A stretch of DNA of 64,000 nucleotides. It comes from an uncultured Calditrichaceae bacterium (GTDB taxonomy: Bacteria > Calditrichota > Calditrichia > RBG-13-44-9). The position numbers were made by a program, and so were the translations under genes. The stretch is from positions 2,663 to 66,662 of the forward strand of contig CAZUZS010000015.1 of the NCBI GenBank assembly GCA_964624795.1, given 5' to 3'. Below the pieces are notes generated by a model. That model was not told the origin of the DNA, made no database searches, and was given only the letters and a program-made list of their open reading frames with translations. Positions 43,430 to 53,386 of the stretch are shown piece after piece. The stretch's first letter is position 1. Each line of letters opens with the position of its first letter.

Positions 43430-45851
43430 CTTTATCTTTCTCCACGCCGCCGGAAGCCTGCTTTTCCCTGCCGGACGCCTCATCGGCAGATGCCGGAGAT
43501 TTCGCACCGCCCTTTCTGCTCTTTTGCGGCGTAATTTTTCCCTCTGCCTCTTGTTTTTCAGAACCGGACTGACGGCCTTTCTCACCTTTGGGCTCACTTC
43601 CCGGGTACTCAATCCGGAGGTGGTGAATGCCCATTAAAATAGGAATAAATGCCTGTTTGATCTCATTCAATTCGCGCAACGTCACATCGCATTCATCCAG
43701 TTGTCCCTCCTGAAATCGCTTTTCAATAAGGTCTTCCACCAGGGAGCTGATCCGTTGAAGGTTGGGATTGGGAAGCGCGCGGGAAGCAGCTTCCACAGCG
43801 TCGGCCAGCATCGAGATGGCGGTTTCCTTGGACTGCGGTTTTGGCCCCGGATACCTGAAATCATTCTCATTGATGTCTTTGGGGTCCATGGTCTCGGTGG
43901 CCTTATGATAAAAATAGGCCATCAGGTTGGTTCCGTGATGTTCCGGAATGAACTGTTTTACTGCGCGCGGCAGTCCATACTCATCAGCCAGTTCAAGACC
44001 GGCTTTTACATGCTTGGCAAGAATCAGCGAACTCATGGTGGGCGTCAATTTTTCGTGCTTGTTCATCGCCCCGGCTTGATTTTCGACAAAATATTCGGCG
44101 CGCTGCATTTTCCCGACATCGTGGTAATAACAGCCTACCCGCGCCAGCAGTGAGTTTGCGCCAATCGCCTTCGCCGCCGCCTCCGCCAGATTTCCCACGA
44201 TTATGCTGTGGTGGAAGGTACCCGGCGCTTCTACCGACAGCCGTTTCAACAGCGGATGGTTCAGATCTGACAATTCCAGCAGCGTAATATCGGTCGATAC
44301 ATCGAACAGCTTCTCAAAAATGCCGATCAGCAAAAAAACCGCCGTGGGAACCAGGATGGCATTGGGTAGCATGTAGAAGCCCAGGTTTTGCAGCATGGAA
44401 GAGAAAGAGTCGTAGTGAATGAAACCGTAACTAAAACTAAGTATGCTGTACCCAATTAGAATGTAAAGAATCGCACGAAACATCTGCCCCCGGTTGCGGA
44501 TCTTCTGGACTGAAAGTAATGCGATGGTGCCAACCACCAGCGTAACCAGCGCCAGGTAGAAATTATTGCCCTGCGCAGCACCCAGTACAAAACTGATGAC
44601 AACTGTGCCCAGAAATGCTACCGGGGCATCCAGCAGCATGGATAGCAGCATAGGGCCCAGTGTGACGGGAATACTCAGGAAATTCCATTTCAAAACACCA
44701 TCGATCAGCATTGCCAAAAGAAATTGAATTATGAGTATGGTGGTGATAAGGCCGAGCATTTTGTTATCGGCAAAAAATCCGGGACGGTAATAATAGACAT
44801 AAATGCCAAATATGAAGATTATTAAAAGTGCAAAAATATATTCCCCGACATAAAAGAGGAAGTGATGCCAGCCGCGTTGCAGACCGCTTCGTTCCTTTAA
44901 CGCCTCAGCTAACGACTGCAATTTCAGGTAGATATCCTCTGTAATAATTTCGTGGCTATCAACAATCCGTTCATCCTTATGCACAAAGCCGCTGGTTGTC
45001 GGTACTTCGTGAATCGCTTTATCTTTGCGGGTGGTGGTGATTTCCTGGTTATATATAAGATCGGGGGTAAGAAAAGCCGACACTATCATCGGCGCCAATT
45101 GAACCTCTGCAGAGGTTGCAGGATATTTCCTGCTGAGGATGTCGGAAATCGTTTTTTTTGCCTCCTGCAAGTCCATCACCTGGTCTACATCTGTTTCCTC
45201 TTCCACGCCATTTCGGATTATGATCAACTTTTTCTCTTCGATCCTGTCTTTAGGAACATTAATTATGCCGCTACTATACACCCTGGAAAATGCATCCGTA
45301 AGGTTTTTATGGAATAGACTCAGTTGTTTGGTCCGGTACAATTCGAATAGCTGATTCACATTCTCAAAAGTTAAGCTCACATTATATTTAACAAATATCT
45401 GTTGAATCAGGCTGTCCACCTTCGCCTCCCGCGGCAACTTATCCTTCTCAAGGTTCTGCGTTTTCACATCCCGCATAATTTTCCCAAAGAAGACAGTCAG
45501 TTCCTCGAACAACTTCTTCAATTTTAGATCCTGCACTTCCACAGCGTTAGACTGGTGGTCGTACACCGGGGGAACACTCAGCCGGGCCTGTTCTCTCTCC
45601 CGGGCCAGTACATCTTTGGATTTGATAATCGGAAAGGTAAATGGTGCAATAATCTCGCTGCGGGCGATACTGCCCACTGTGAGATTGCTGTATTCAAAAG
45701 GACGCTCACTTGGCAGCATGACGACGATAACCAGCACCAAAATAACACCAAGGATAGTTTTTGCCAGCACGTCATCCAGCGGTTTACCCAGAAATGTTTT
45801 CTTGTTCAGGTAATCGTTAACCTCTTTTCGGATCACAGAAAATTTCTTCAT
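43392..45851 (-). CDS. 7TM-receptor-like membrane protein with intracellular HD phosphohydrolase domain (PgpH/YqfF family)
   Basis: Extracellular N-domain, seven TM helices, and a C-terminal HD/HDIG domain (HHSIIVGNLAE...HDVGK). Lys/Glu-rich tail. Start chosen at MKKFSV (ATG 45851, GAAGGT SD). Confidence 0.85.
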   Translation of the reverse strand: MKKFSVIRKEVNDYLNKKTFLGKPLDDVLAKTILGVILVLVIVVMLPSERPFEYSNLTVGSIARSEIIAPFTFPIIKSKDVLAREREQARLSVPPVYDHQSNAVEVQDLKLKKLFEELTVFFGKIMRDVKTQNLEKDKLPREAKVDSLIQQIFVKYNVSLTFENVNQLFELYRTKQLSLFHKNLTDAFSRVYSSGIINVPKDRIEEKKLIIIRNGVEEETDVDQVMDLQEAKKTISDILSRKYPATSAEVQLAPMIVSAFLTPDLIYNQEITTTRKDKAIHEVPTTSGFVHKDERIVDSHEIITEDIYLKLQSLAEALKERSGLQRGWHHFLFYVGEYIFALLIIFIFGIYVYYYRPGFFADNKMLGLITTILIIQFLLAMLIDGVLKWNFLSIPVTLGPMLLSMLLDAPVAFLGTVVISFVLGAAQGNNFYLALVTLVVGTIALLSVQKIRNRGQMFRAILYILIGYSILSFSYGFIHYDSFSSMLQNLGFYMLPNAILVPTAVFLLIGIFEKLFDVSTDITLLELSDLNHPLLKRLSVEAPGTFHHSIIVGNLAEAAAKAIGANSLLARVGCYYHDVGKMQRAEYFVENQAGAMNKHEKLTPTMSSLILAKHVKAGLELADEYGLPRAVKQFIPEHHGTNLMAYFYHKATETMDPKDINENDFRYPGPKPQSKETAISMLADAVEAASRALPNPNLQRISSLVEDLIEKRFQEGQLDECDVTLRELNEIKQAFIPILMGIHHLRIEYPGSEPKGEKGRQSGSEKQEAEGKITPQKSRKGGAKSPASADEASGREKQASGGVEKDKDDKKESEHTPAQ

Positions 45852-46219
45852 TCGGTTACCTTCGTTTCCTTCATGGTTTTCAACCGGTAATATAATTAAA
45901 AAACGGCAGATATGGAAAATTATCTTAAAAGTGCAAAGCCTACCTGATCTCCGTAATTTCCGGGACCGGATCATCTGTTATAAGATCTAAAAATTACACT
46001 TCAGGGTAAATTGGGACAGGCCCCAAAGGCGACGACGCCTGCCGGATGGGCCGGCTTCACGGCCCGGATGACCTCGCTCTGTTATTTGTCAGCCACATCT
46101 CCGGCCTCCATACCGAAACCGGGAGAAGAGGTCACAAGCATTACTGCAGTGACGGGGATACTGCGGTTGTTGCCTGCTCCTTTCATGAAAGGCAACTTTG
46201 CCGAATGTCCAAGATTATC

Positions 46220-46249
46220 TTGACACTTTTCCAACTTTGTCATTATATT
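46220..46249 (+). promoter_or_regulatory. Sigma70-type promoter for the acyl-CoA ligase gene
   Basis: TTGACA-18 nt-TATATT, about 28 nt upstream of the ATG at 46277. Confidence 0.45.
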
Positions 46250-46276
46250 CAACTTAAGAAAATTGATGGAGGAGAT

Positions 46277-48079
46277 ATGAATTACCCCAATATCGGTACC
46301 ATGTTCAAAACGGTTTGTGAAAAGTATCCGGAGAAAGATGTGATGATGTACAAAGCGGGGGAAAAGTACCATTCAGTAGCATTCAAGGAAATCCAGAAAA
46401 GGGCCGCGAATTTAAGCGGGGGATTAAAAACACTGGGTGTGGAGAAAGGCGACCGGGTTCTTTTGCTCTCCGAGAACCGGGTTGAATGGGCCTTGTCGGA
46501 CTATGCTATTCTGACTCTGGGGGCGGTTACAGTTCCGATTTACCCGACTCTGCTGCCTTCGCACATCAAGTATATTATTAACAACTCCGAAGGAAAAATC
46601 ATCATTGTTTCAAACCAGGAACAACTGGAAAAAATTCGGGAAATTCGAAAGGAACTCCCAAAGCTCAAAAACATTATTTCAATCGAAGGAGAAACGGGGG
46701 AAGATGTAATCTCATTTCAGGATATCCTGAAGGAGGGTGAAAGCTATCTCGGAAAAAATCCGACCTTTATCGATGATGCGCTGAGCGGGATCAGCCGGGA
46801 TGATATGGCAAGTGTTATCTATACCTCAGGAACGACCGGTGTCCCCAAGGGAGCAATGCTGACTCACGGCAATTTTTTATCGAATGTGGAAGGCTCGCGG
46901 CAAGTGATTGAGGTTACTGATCAGGATTTATTTCTTTCGTTCCTTCCGCTCTCTCATGTTTTCGAGAGAATGGCAGGCCACTTTTTGGCATTCTTTTGTG
47001 GGGCAACAATTGCCTACGCAGAAAGCATCGATACTGTGGCGGCAAACCTGCAGGAAGTGCATCCGACAATAATGACCAGTGTTCCGCGTTTTTTCGAAAA
47101 AGTGTATGCGCGGGTGCTGGAGTCGCTGGAAGAAGGATCGGCAGTGAAACGAAAAATATTTTTCTGGGCAATCGAAGTGGGCAAGAAAGCCATTCTGTAC
47201 AAGCAGAAAAACATGCCGCTGTCCGGTATGCTGAAGGTGCGCTACAAAATTGCCGATAAACTGGTTTACTCTAAATTGAAAGAAAGAGTCGGCGGAAGAA
47301 TTCGTCTTTTTATTTCCGGAGGCGCTCCACTATCCCGGGAGATCAATGAATTTTTCAATTCTGCCGGTCTCGTTCTGCTTGAAGGCTACGGGCTTACCGA
47401 ATCTTCCCCGGTAATCACGGTAAACCGGGTAGAGAGCTTTAAATTCGGATCCGCCGGTTTGCCAATCTCCAATGTGGAAGTAAAAATTGCCGAAGATGGG
47501 GAAATTCTCACCCGCGGGCCTCATGTAATGAAAGGCTACTTTAAAGATGAAGAGGCTACCAAAGAGGCCATCGATAATGACAACTGGCTTCATACCGGCG
47601 ATATGGGGTATTTCGACAAAGACGGTTTTCTGTTTATCAACGACCGCAAAAAGAACATCATCGTCACTTCCGGCGGGAAGAATGTAGCGCCTCAGGCAAT
47701 CGAAAATCTGCTCATCACCTCCCGTTACATCGATCAGGCGGTGGTTGTGGGCGACAAGCGAAAATACTGCTCGGCATTCATCGTACCGGACATGGAAAAG
47801 CTAAAATCCTACGCACAAAAGAACAAGATAGAGTACCGGGATGAAGATGACCTCCTCACAAATGACCAGATCCAAAATCTGATGCGTGAGGAGATCGATT
47901 ACGTTTCGGTCGATTTGGCAAGTTATGAAACAATAAAAAAATTCAAACTGCTGAAGGAGCCGTTCACCATCGAGAGCAACGAGCTGACGCCCACTCAAAA
48001 AGTGAAACGCAACGTAGTGGAACAGAAATACAAAGCGCTCATCGATGAAATGTATCCCGATGATGAGCACAATTCCTGA
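46277..48079 (+). CDS. fadD: Long-chain fatty-acid--CoA ligase (AMP-binding)
   Basis: AMP-binding motifs (IYTSGTTGVPKG, GYGLTE, TGDMGYFD). Start chosen at MNYPNIG with a GGAGGAG SD. The track ORF is extended upstream. Confidence 0.9.
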   Translation: MNYPNIGTMFKTVCEKYPEKDVMMYKAGEKYHSVAFKEIQKRAANLSGGLKTLGVEKGDRVLLLSENRVEWALSDYAILTLGAVTVPIYPTLLPSHIKYIINNSEGKIIIVSNQEQLEKIREIRKELPKLKNIISIEGETGEDVISFQDILKEGESYLGKNPTFIDDALSGISRDDMASVIYTSGTTGVPKGAMLTHGNFLSNVEGSRQVIEVTDQDLFLSFLPLSHVFERMAGHFLAFFCGATIAYAESIDTVAANLQEVHPTIMTSVPRFFEKVYARVLESLEEGSAVKRKIFFWAIEVGKKAILYKQKNMPLSGMLKVRYKIADKLVYSKLKERVGGRIRLFISGGAPLSREINEFFNSAGLVLLEGYGLTESSPVITVNRVESFKFGSAGLPISNVEVKIAEDGEILTRGPHVMKGYFKDEEATKEAIDNDNWLHTGDMGYFDKDGFLFINDRKKNIIVTSGGKNVAPQAIENLLITSRYIDQAVVVGDKRKYCSAFIVPDMEKLKSYAQKNKIEYRDEDDLLTNDQIQNLMREEIDYVSVDLASYETIKKFKLLKEPFTIESNELTPTQKVKRNVVEQKYKALIDEMYPDDEHNS

Positions 48080-48084
48080 ATTAG

Positions 48085-48624
48085 ATGGGTAAACTCAGAA
48101 CATATCCTCCGGTGAAGATTTTTGTGGCCGTGACGTACGCGCAGCAGATTTCGCCGGAGGAAGTTTTTGCCGGGCTTGAACATCTCCTGTCGCCGGTAGA
48201 TAGCAGGAGCGGGATTTTCGCATTCTCGGAATTCACGGATTACTATTTCCCAGAAATGGGTGCAGAGCTGAAAAAGCAGGTCATCGCATTCCGGGATTTG
48301 CTGCCGGCGGAAAACCTGCCGGATATCAAGATCTCGACAAATATTCTCGAAACCCAATTTGCCGGCGAGAACGGCAGGAGGGCGAATATCGATCCCGGCT
48401 ACATCTGCGCGGCAAAAGTGGTTCTGGCAACAACCAAGGATTACGATCACCGGCTCTACCTGGGCCGCGGCATCTTTGGCGATGTGCACCTGCGTTTTCG
48501 GGGAGGACACTTTGGTCCCAACGACTGGACTTACCCCGATTACCGGCAGCCGGAAATCATCCGCTTTTTTGAGGAGCTTCGTGGAGCTTATATGAACCAA
48601 TTGAAGGATTATCCTGTTGGATAA
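48085..48624 (+). CDS. DUF4416-like conserved hypothetical protein
   Basis: 179-aa ORF starting 5 nt after the fadD stop. The family assignment is from memory of DUF4416-type sequences and is uncertain. Confidence 0.65.
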   Translation: MGKLRTYPPVKIFVAVTYAQQISPEEVFAGLEHLLSPVDSRSGIFAFSEFTDYYFPEMGAELKKQVIAFRDLLPAENLPDIKISTNILETQFAGENGRRANIDPGYICAAKVVLATTKDYDHRLYLGRGIFGDVHLRFRGGHFGPNDWTYPDYRQPEIIRFFEELRGAYMNQLKDYPVG

Positions 48625-48727
48625 ATTAATTCAGATACAGCAATCGGCGACTTGCCTGGTGGTGCCTGCAATTGCGGCGGTTTTAAAACAGGAATTTTTA
48701 ATCATCTAAATTTTTAGAGTAGAAGGC

Positions 48728-49735
48728 ATGGAAAAAAAAGTTACCTATCGTGACGCGGGTGTGGATATCGAGAAAGCGGAGAGATCACTTTCCGGTCTGA
48801 AGAAATTGATCGGTGAAACGCACAATGACAGAGTTCTGAAAAATATCGGCGCTTTCGGCGGATTTTATGAATTCCCGGCAAACGAATATGAACGTCCCGT
48901 GCTGATTGCCAGCACCGACGGGGTGGGCACCAAATTGAAAGTGGCCATGATGATGGACCTCCATTCCACAGTCGGGCAGGATCTCGTCAACCACTGTATC
49001 AACGATATTGCGGTATGCGGCGCTACTCCCCTGTTTTTCCTGGACTATTTTGCCTGCGGCAGCCTGCAGGAAGATGTGTACAGGCAAATCATAGAAGGTT
49101 TCGCAACCGCCTGCAAGGCAGCCGGGCTGCCGCTGATCGGCGGTGAAACTGCGGAAATGCCGGATCTCTATTCCGGAAGCGAATATGACCTTGCCGGCAC
49201 AATTGTCGGTGTGGTTGAAAAAGACAAGATTATAGATGGAAGCCGGATAAAGGAGGGTGATGTTCTTATCGGCGTATCTTCCAACGGACTCCACACCAAC
49301 GGCTACTCGCTGGCGCGGAAGGTGCTTTTCCCGAAATACAAACCGGTCGATTACATCGAGGAGATCGGAAATGTACTGGGAGATGAGCTTCTCAAAATTC
49401 ATCTGAATTATTATCCCATAATCGATGAGCTGACCCGGATTTTCGAGGTGCGGGGAATAGCGCACATCACCGGTGGTGGCCTGTTCAAAAATACCGTCCG
49501 GGTCGTGCCTGACGGGCTCGAACCCGAGTTTGATTGGAGAAGCTGGCCGGTGCCTGCCATCTTTCAGTTTATCCGGCGCACGGGAAACGTGCCGGAAGAG
49601 GACATGCGGCAGACCTTTAACATGGGAATCGGGCTGGTGCTGGTGGTCGACCAAAATATGCAGGCCAATATTTTAAGCTATGCAAAAAAGTTTAAGCAGG
49701 AGTTTTATTCAATTGGGGAAATTATTAAAATCTGA
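48728..49735 (+). CDS. purM: Phosphoribosylformylglycinamidine cyclo-ligase (AIR synthetase)
   Basis: PurM N-domain motif DAGVDI and the C-domain, 335 aa. Confidence 0.95.
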   Translation: MEKKVTYRDAGVDIEKAERSLSGLKKLIGETHNDRVLKNIGAFGGFYEFPANEYERPVLIASTDGVGTKLKVAMMMDLHSTVGQDLVNHCINDIAVCGATPLFFLDYFACGSLQEDVYRQIIEGFATACKAAGLPLIGGETAEMPDLYSGSEYDLAGTIVGVVEKDKIIDGSRIKEGDVLIGVSSNGLHTNGYSLARKVLFPKYKPVDYIEEIGNVLGDELLKIHLNYYPIIDELTRIFEVRGIAHITGGGLFKNTVRVVPDGLEPEFDWRSWPVPAIFQFIRRTGNVPEEDMRQTFNMGIGLVLVVDQNMQANILSYAKKFKQEFYSIGEIIKI

Positions 49736-49873
49736 AACTTGATTCACCCAAATTCAGTATTTTCCGAAAGCCTGGATGGTCCCTTTGAATTTGAAAACAA
49801 TCTTAAAATAAACCTCCGAACATGCTGCCGGGGAAGCACAAATACAAATTCTCCATCAGGGAAGGAAACGAAA

Positions 49874-50911
49874 ATGGCGGAAATTCGGTTTCGAAAAGAG
49901 CGGGTTACCGCGAGAATTCGTAATCCATTGCACAATTTTGAATTGACAGAAGATCATATTGAGATACGCTTCGATCCGTTGCTGGGAAACACCACGCGAA
50001 TCGCCGGTCCTAAGGGCCTGGATAAAATCCCGGAAGAAGATCCGCTGCAGGAGTTCGTGGCAAACGCCAAACCATGTTTTTTCTGCGCCGGCCGGGTGGA
50101 GAACCAAACGCCGAAGATGCCGCATGGAATAAATCCCGAGGGAAGGATTGAAATTGGTGAAGCACTGCTCTTTCCGAATCTTTCCGGTTTCGCGCGCTAC
50201 AGCGGGGTCTGCATCTTTTCCAAAGAACACTTTATTTATCTGAACGCGTTCAGCGAAGGACAGATTCTGAATGCTTTAAAAGCCTGCCGACAATATCTTC
50301 AACAATGCGCGAAATTCGATAACGAAATCCTTTATGCCAGCGTGAACGGAAATTACCTGCTTCCGGCGGGCAGCAGCATTCTGCACCCTCACCTGCAGCC
50401 CATCCTCGACCCCTATCCCACCAATCATCAGCGGCTGCTGCTGGAACACAGCGAACAGTATTTTCAGAATTATCGCTCGAACTTCTGGACGGACTTAAAG
50501 GCACAGGAAGAACCAGGACCGCGTTCCCTGTTCAAATCCGCGCACACCTTTTTCTTCACGCCGTTCGCACCGGTAGGATTTAACGAAATCGATGCCGTCA
50601 TCGGAAACGGTGAACCATTCCCGGAGTTGGATGACCAAGTTCTGCAGGAATTATCATCGGGAATAAAAAAGATTTTCTCGTTTTACCACAGCCGGAACCG
50701 GAACAGTTTTAACCTGGCGATTTTCTCGCCGCCGGTTTCTCCGGACAGAAGAAGATCTCAGATGCCATGCATTTTAAAAATCTGCACCCGCCCTGCTCTT
50801 GCCCCGTATTACCGTAACGATGTGACTTTTTTTGAGAAACTTCATGCCGAATCGATGATCGACTGTACGCCGGAGCAAGTAGCGCAGGATTTTCGAAATC
50901 AGATGAGTTAG
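49874..50911 (+). CDS. GalT-like HIT-superfamily nucleotidyltransferase (galactose-1-phosphate uridylyltransferase family)
   Basis: CFFCAG Cys pair and HPHLQ (compare GalT HPHGQ). Start chosen at MAEIRF with an AGGAAACGAAA SD. Confidence 0.72.
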   Translation: MAEIRFRKERVTARIRNPLHNFELTEDHIEIRFDPLLGNTTRIAGPKGLDKIPEEDPLQEFVANAKPCFFCAGRVENQTPKMPHGINPEGRIEIGEALLFPNLSGFARYSGVCIFSKEHFIYLNAFSEGQILNALKACRQYLQQCAKFDNEILYASVNGNYLLPAGSSILHPHLQPILDPYPTNHQRLLLEHSEQYFQNYRSNFWTDLKAQEEPGPRSLFKSAHTFFFTPFAPVGFNEIDAVIGNGEPFPELDDQVLQELSSGIKKIFSFYHSRNRNSFNLAIFSPPVSPDRRRSQMPCILKICTRPALAPYYRNDVTFFEKLHAESMIDCTPEQVAQDFRNQMS

Positions 50912-50930
50912 CATTCCCCCAAAAAATAGA

Positions 50931-50954
50931 AAAGCCCCGAATCTGCGGGGCTTT
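50931..50954. terminator. Bidirectional intrinsic terminator
   Basis: Perfect 9-bp stem AAAGCCCCG/CGGGGCUUU with a 6-nt loop. It is flanked by an A-run on one side and U-rich sequence on the other. It terminates the GalT-like gene (+) and tRNA-Glu (-). Confidence 0.7.
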
Positions 50955-50960
50955 CATTTG

Positions 50961-51033
50961 TAGCGCGTACGGGAGTCGAACCCGTGTTACCGACGTGAGA
51001 GGCCGGCGTCCTGGACCACTAGACGAACGCGCC
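50961..51033 (-). tRNA. tRNA-Glu (anticodon CUC)
   Basis: Minus-strand cloverleaf GGCGCGTTCGTCTAGTGGTCCAGGACGCCGGCCTCTCACGTCGGTAACACGGGTTCGACTCCCGTACGCGCTA. It aligns position-by-position with E. coli tRNA-Glu. The anticodon loop is CUCUCAC. No encoded CCA. Confidence 0.88.
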
Positions 51034-51203
51034 GGATATTGTTTTGGCCTTGCTGCCTTCAAAAACCGGGGCAAATATAACCACGTCTATATTTGAAATC
51101 AACTTCAAATGAAGATTAGCGGGTAAGTCCGGCCCAATCCGACTATCGCATCAAGTTTATTCCGCCGGGAATGTGCAGAAATAATACAAAATCCAACAAG
51201 AGC

Positions 51204-51326
51204 TCAGTAGTATTTCTTTCTTATTTTCTTGATCCGGTTATAGTCGATAAAACCTACCGCCAGATTGAAAACCACAAAAAGTGTAACAATAATAAGGAAT
51301 GGAAAGAACAAACTGCTGAAAGACAT
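51204..51326 (-). CDS. Putative 40-aa small membrane protein (MSFSSLFFPFLIIVTLFVVFNLAVGFIDYNRIKKIRKKYY)
   Basis: ATG is preceded by GGAGG at an 8-nt spacing. One predicted TM helix plus a basic C-terminus. Not in the ORF track because it is shorter than 60 aa. Confidence 0.35.
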   Translation of the reverse strand: MSFSSLFFPFLIIVTLFVVFNLAVGFIDYNRIKKIRKKYY

Positions 51327-51552
51327 TCTTAAAACCTCCGTGTCAGGTAAAGCATAAATCCGTACATACACATCAATCTTACTATCTTAAGGCCAACAGC
51401 GTGCCAATTTTCTGAAGAGGCATGAAAATATAGGAGCATCCAGCAATTAGTCGTTGCTGAGGGAACTATTGATTATCAAATCCAGAATCTGATGTATTTC
51501 ACAGCGGGGAGATTAAAGAAAATAGAGGGTGTTTTGTCTGTCAAAAAAAGAG

Positions 51553-51626
51553 CACGCCCGGAGGGACTCGAACCCCCAACCCTCAGATCCGAAGTCTGAT
51601 GCTCTATCCAATTGAGCTACGGGCGC
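51553..51626 (-). tRNA. tRNA-Arg (anticodon UCG)
   Basis: GCGCCCGTAGCTCAATTGGATAGAGCATCAGACTTCGGATCTGAGGGTTGGGGGTTCGAGTCCCTCCGGGCGTG. Anticodon loop CUUCGGA. Perfect anticodon and T stems. Confidence 0.9.
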
Positions 51627-51631
51627 GAAAG

Positions 51632-51715
51632 TGCGCGGGGAGGGACTCGAACCCTCACGGGATTTCTCCCACCAGATCCTAAGTCTGGCGCGTCTGCCAA
51701 TTCCGCCATCCGCGC
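51632..51715 (-). tRNA. tRNA-Leu (anticodon UAG)
   Basis: 84 nt with a long variable arm. Anticodon loop CUUAGGA. It lies 5 nt upstream of tRNA-Arg, so the two are probably co-transcribed. Confidence 0.9.
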
Positions 51716-51726
51716 TTTGCGGCGAA

Positions 51727-51754
51727 AATATAGACGATGTTCCGTGAAAGCGCA
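51727..51754 (-). promoter_or_regulatory. Candidate promoter for the tRNA-Leu/tRNA-Arg transcript
   Basis: TTGCGC-16 nt-TATATT, with the -10 box 11 nt upstream of the tRNA-Leu 5' end. It lies in the short gap between the upstream gene's stop and tRNA-Leu. Confidence 0.4.
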
Positions 51755-51764
51755 ACCATTTTTC

Positions 51765-52247
51765 TCAGGAACTCAACAGCAAATCGCCCCAGCATTTTTT
51801 CCAGACCTGCAGCAGACTCTCCCGCTCCTCCGGGTTCCAGAACATCAGGCGGCTGCGCTCGGCCAGGTACATGCCGTTCTCGGCAATATAATCCGCCATT
51901 TGCTCCGTCCATTCCGGACTGGTGGCAAGCGCAATCACCACCGCCGCCCTTTTCTCCAGCTCCGGCAGCAGCTCGGTAACCCGCGGGGAAGACTGCCATT
52001 CGCTATACGCTTCGCGATTAGCGAGAAAGACAGCGCTTTTAACATGCGGCAGGACATGTTCCATCAGCACGTCGCTTACCTGCTGGCCGTCATTCAGTTT
52101 ATAAACCAGGATAACAACATCCGGATTGACCTCCATCCGAAAAACCGGAATTTCCAGATCGGTAATGGGAATGAAAGGAAGCGCCTCCGCCAGCTTGCCA
52201 AAAAGACCGTCCGTTTGCTCAACAACCAGCGTTTCTAAAATTTGCAT
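51765..52247 (-). CDS. Hypothetical 160-aa protein, third gene of the DUF4388/GTPase operon
   Basis: Its start lies 3 nt after the upstream gene's stop. I recognise no motif in it. It could be an MglB/Roadblock-like or other regulatory partner. Confidence 0.65.
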   Translation of the reverse strand: MQILETLVVEQTDGLFGKLAEALPFIPITDLEIPVFRMEVNPDVVILVYKLNDGQQVSDVLMEHVLPHVKSAVFLANREAYSEWQSSPRVTELLPELEKRAAVVIALATSPEWTEQMADYIAENGMYLAERSRLMFWNPEERESLLQVWKKCWGDLLLSS

Positions 52248-52250
52248 AGA

Positions 52251-53381
52251 CTATTGTTCCCTGAGATATTTGGATATGGACTGGATTGCACCCGGATTTA
52301 TTTTTGCGGGCTGGTGTATCAGCTCCGGCTTTGCGATATCCATTTTTACCGGCGGCGGCAAAGTGGGCTCTTCTATTTCTTCAGTTTTTTTTTCTTTTTT
52401 GAAAAAACTGCCAAACGAGTTGAATAGCCGTCCCAATCCTTTTTTCTCCGCTTTCTGTTTTTCGAGCAGCTCGAAATCCTGGCGGCGAACCAGCATTTTT
52501 CCCTCGACCAAACTCAATGCGTTTTTTAATATCTCCTGATTATCCTCATTCATCGAAATCATCAGGTCGGAAAGCGTTTCTCCCTCCTGGCACAGGTCGA
52601 GAATCTGCGCCTGAATTTCATTCTGCGGCGGCTCCGGCGATTCGACGGAGATATACTCTTCCTGAAGATTGGGGAGAGATTGAAAATATTTTTCCTGTTC
52701 TCCGAGCTGCTGAACCAGCTCTACCAATAGCTCCTCGTTGCTCAGTTCCAGGCTGTCTGCCAGGTCCACACGCGTAAATTGCACATGAAAATTTGCCTTG
52801 CTCAGGTTTACGAGCTTTGAGAGCGCGTGAAAAGTATCGAGGTTGCGGAAAGAAGCCCGGATGACCTTTCCGCCACGGAAATACACTTGGCCCAGGTGAT
52901 CGCGGTACGAGATGGAAAGAATGGCGTCCTTGTGGCTGGTCTCCACCATCTGTATCAGGTCGATCAGGCTGAATTCATCCAGGTTGCCCTGCCAGTGCTG
53001 TCCCTGCATTGCGTTCGACTCGTCGTCTATCGCGTGCGACAGTTTATTCAGGTGAATGAAAAACTCCTCCCGCGGCAGGGGGATTGTAATAATGTCCGCA
53101 ATGGGCAACTGCAGGACGGCTGAAAAATCCTCATTTTTATGAACCACCGGAATCACCGGCAGATATGCCAATTCCTGCATATTGAGAACAGTGAGAACAT
53201 CGGCAACCACATCATGAGTTGCCGGCCACACCAAAATGAGATCGACGAATTCCTGCTTGCAGATTTCCACCAGCTCTTCCACGCTGGTCGCTTTGTGAAA
53301 CAAAAAATTGCGGCCCTTCAGGGTGGAAATGATCTCATCCTCATACTGGTTGTCTAAGAGGTAAATTAACAAATCGATCAT
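52251..53381 (-). CDS. REC-like (probable pseudo-receiver) plus DUF4388 domain protein
   Basis: N-terminal CheY-like fold with VDLILV but poor conservation of the other acidic-pocket positions. The central segment GNLDEFSLIDLIQMVETSHKDAILSISYRDHLGQVYFRGGKVIRASF matches the DUF4388 pattern. Low-complexity Glu/Lys/Pro-rich tail. Confidence 0.78.
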   Translation of the reverse strand: MIDLLIYLLDNQYEDEIISTLKGRNFLFHKATSVEELVEICKQEFVDLILVWPATHDVVADVLTVLNMQELAYLPVIPVVHKNEDFSAVLQLPIADIITIPLPREEFFIHLNKLSHAIDDESNAMQGQHWQGNLDEFSLIDLIQMVETSHKDAILSISYRDHLGQVYFRGGKVIRASFRNLDTFHALSKLVNLSKANFHVQFTRVDLADSLELSNEELLVELVQQLGEQEKYFQSLPNLQEEYISVESPEPPQNEIQAQILDLCQEGETLSDLMISMNEDNQEILKNALSLVEGKMLVRRQDFELLEKQKAEKKGLGRLFNSFGSFFKKEKKTEEIEEPTLPPPVKMDIAKPELIHQPAKINPGAIQSISKYLREQ

Positions 53382-53386
53382 TGCTT

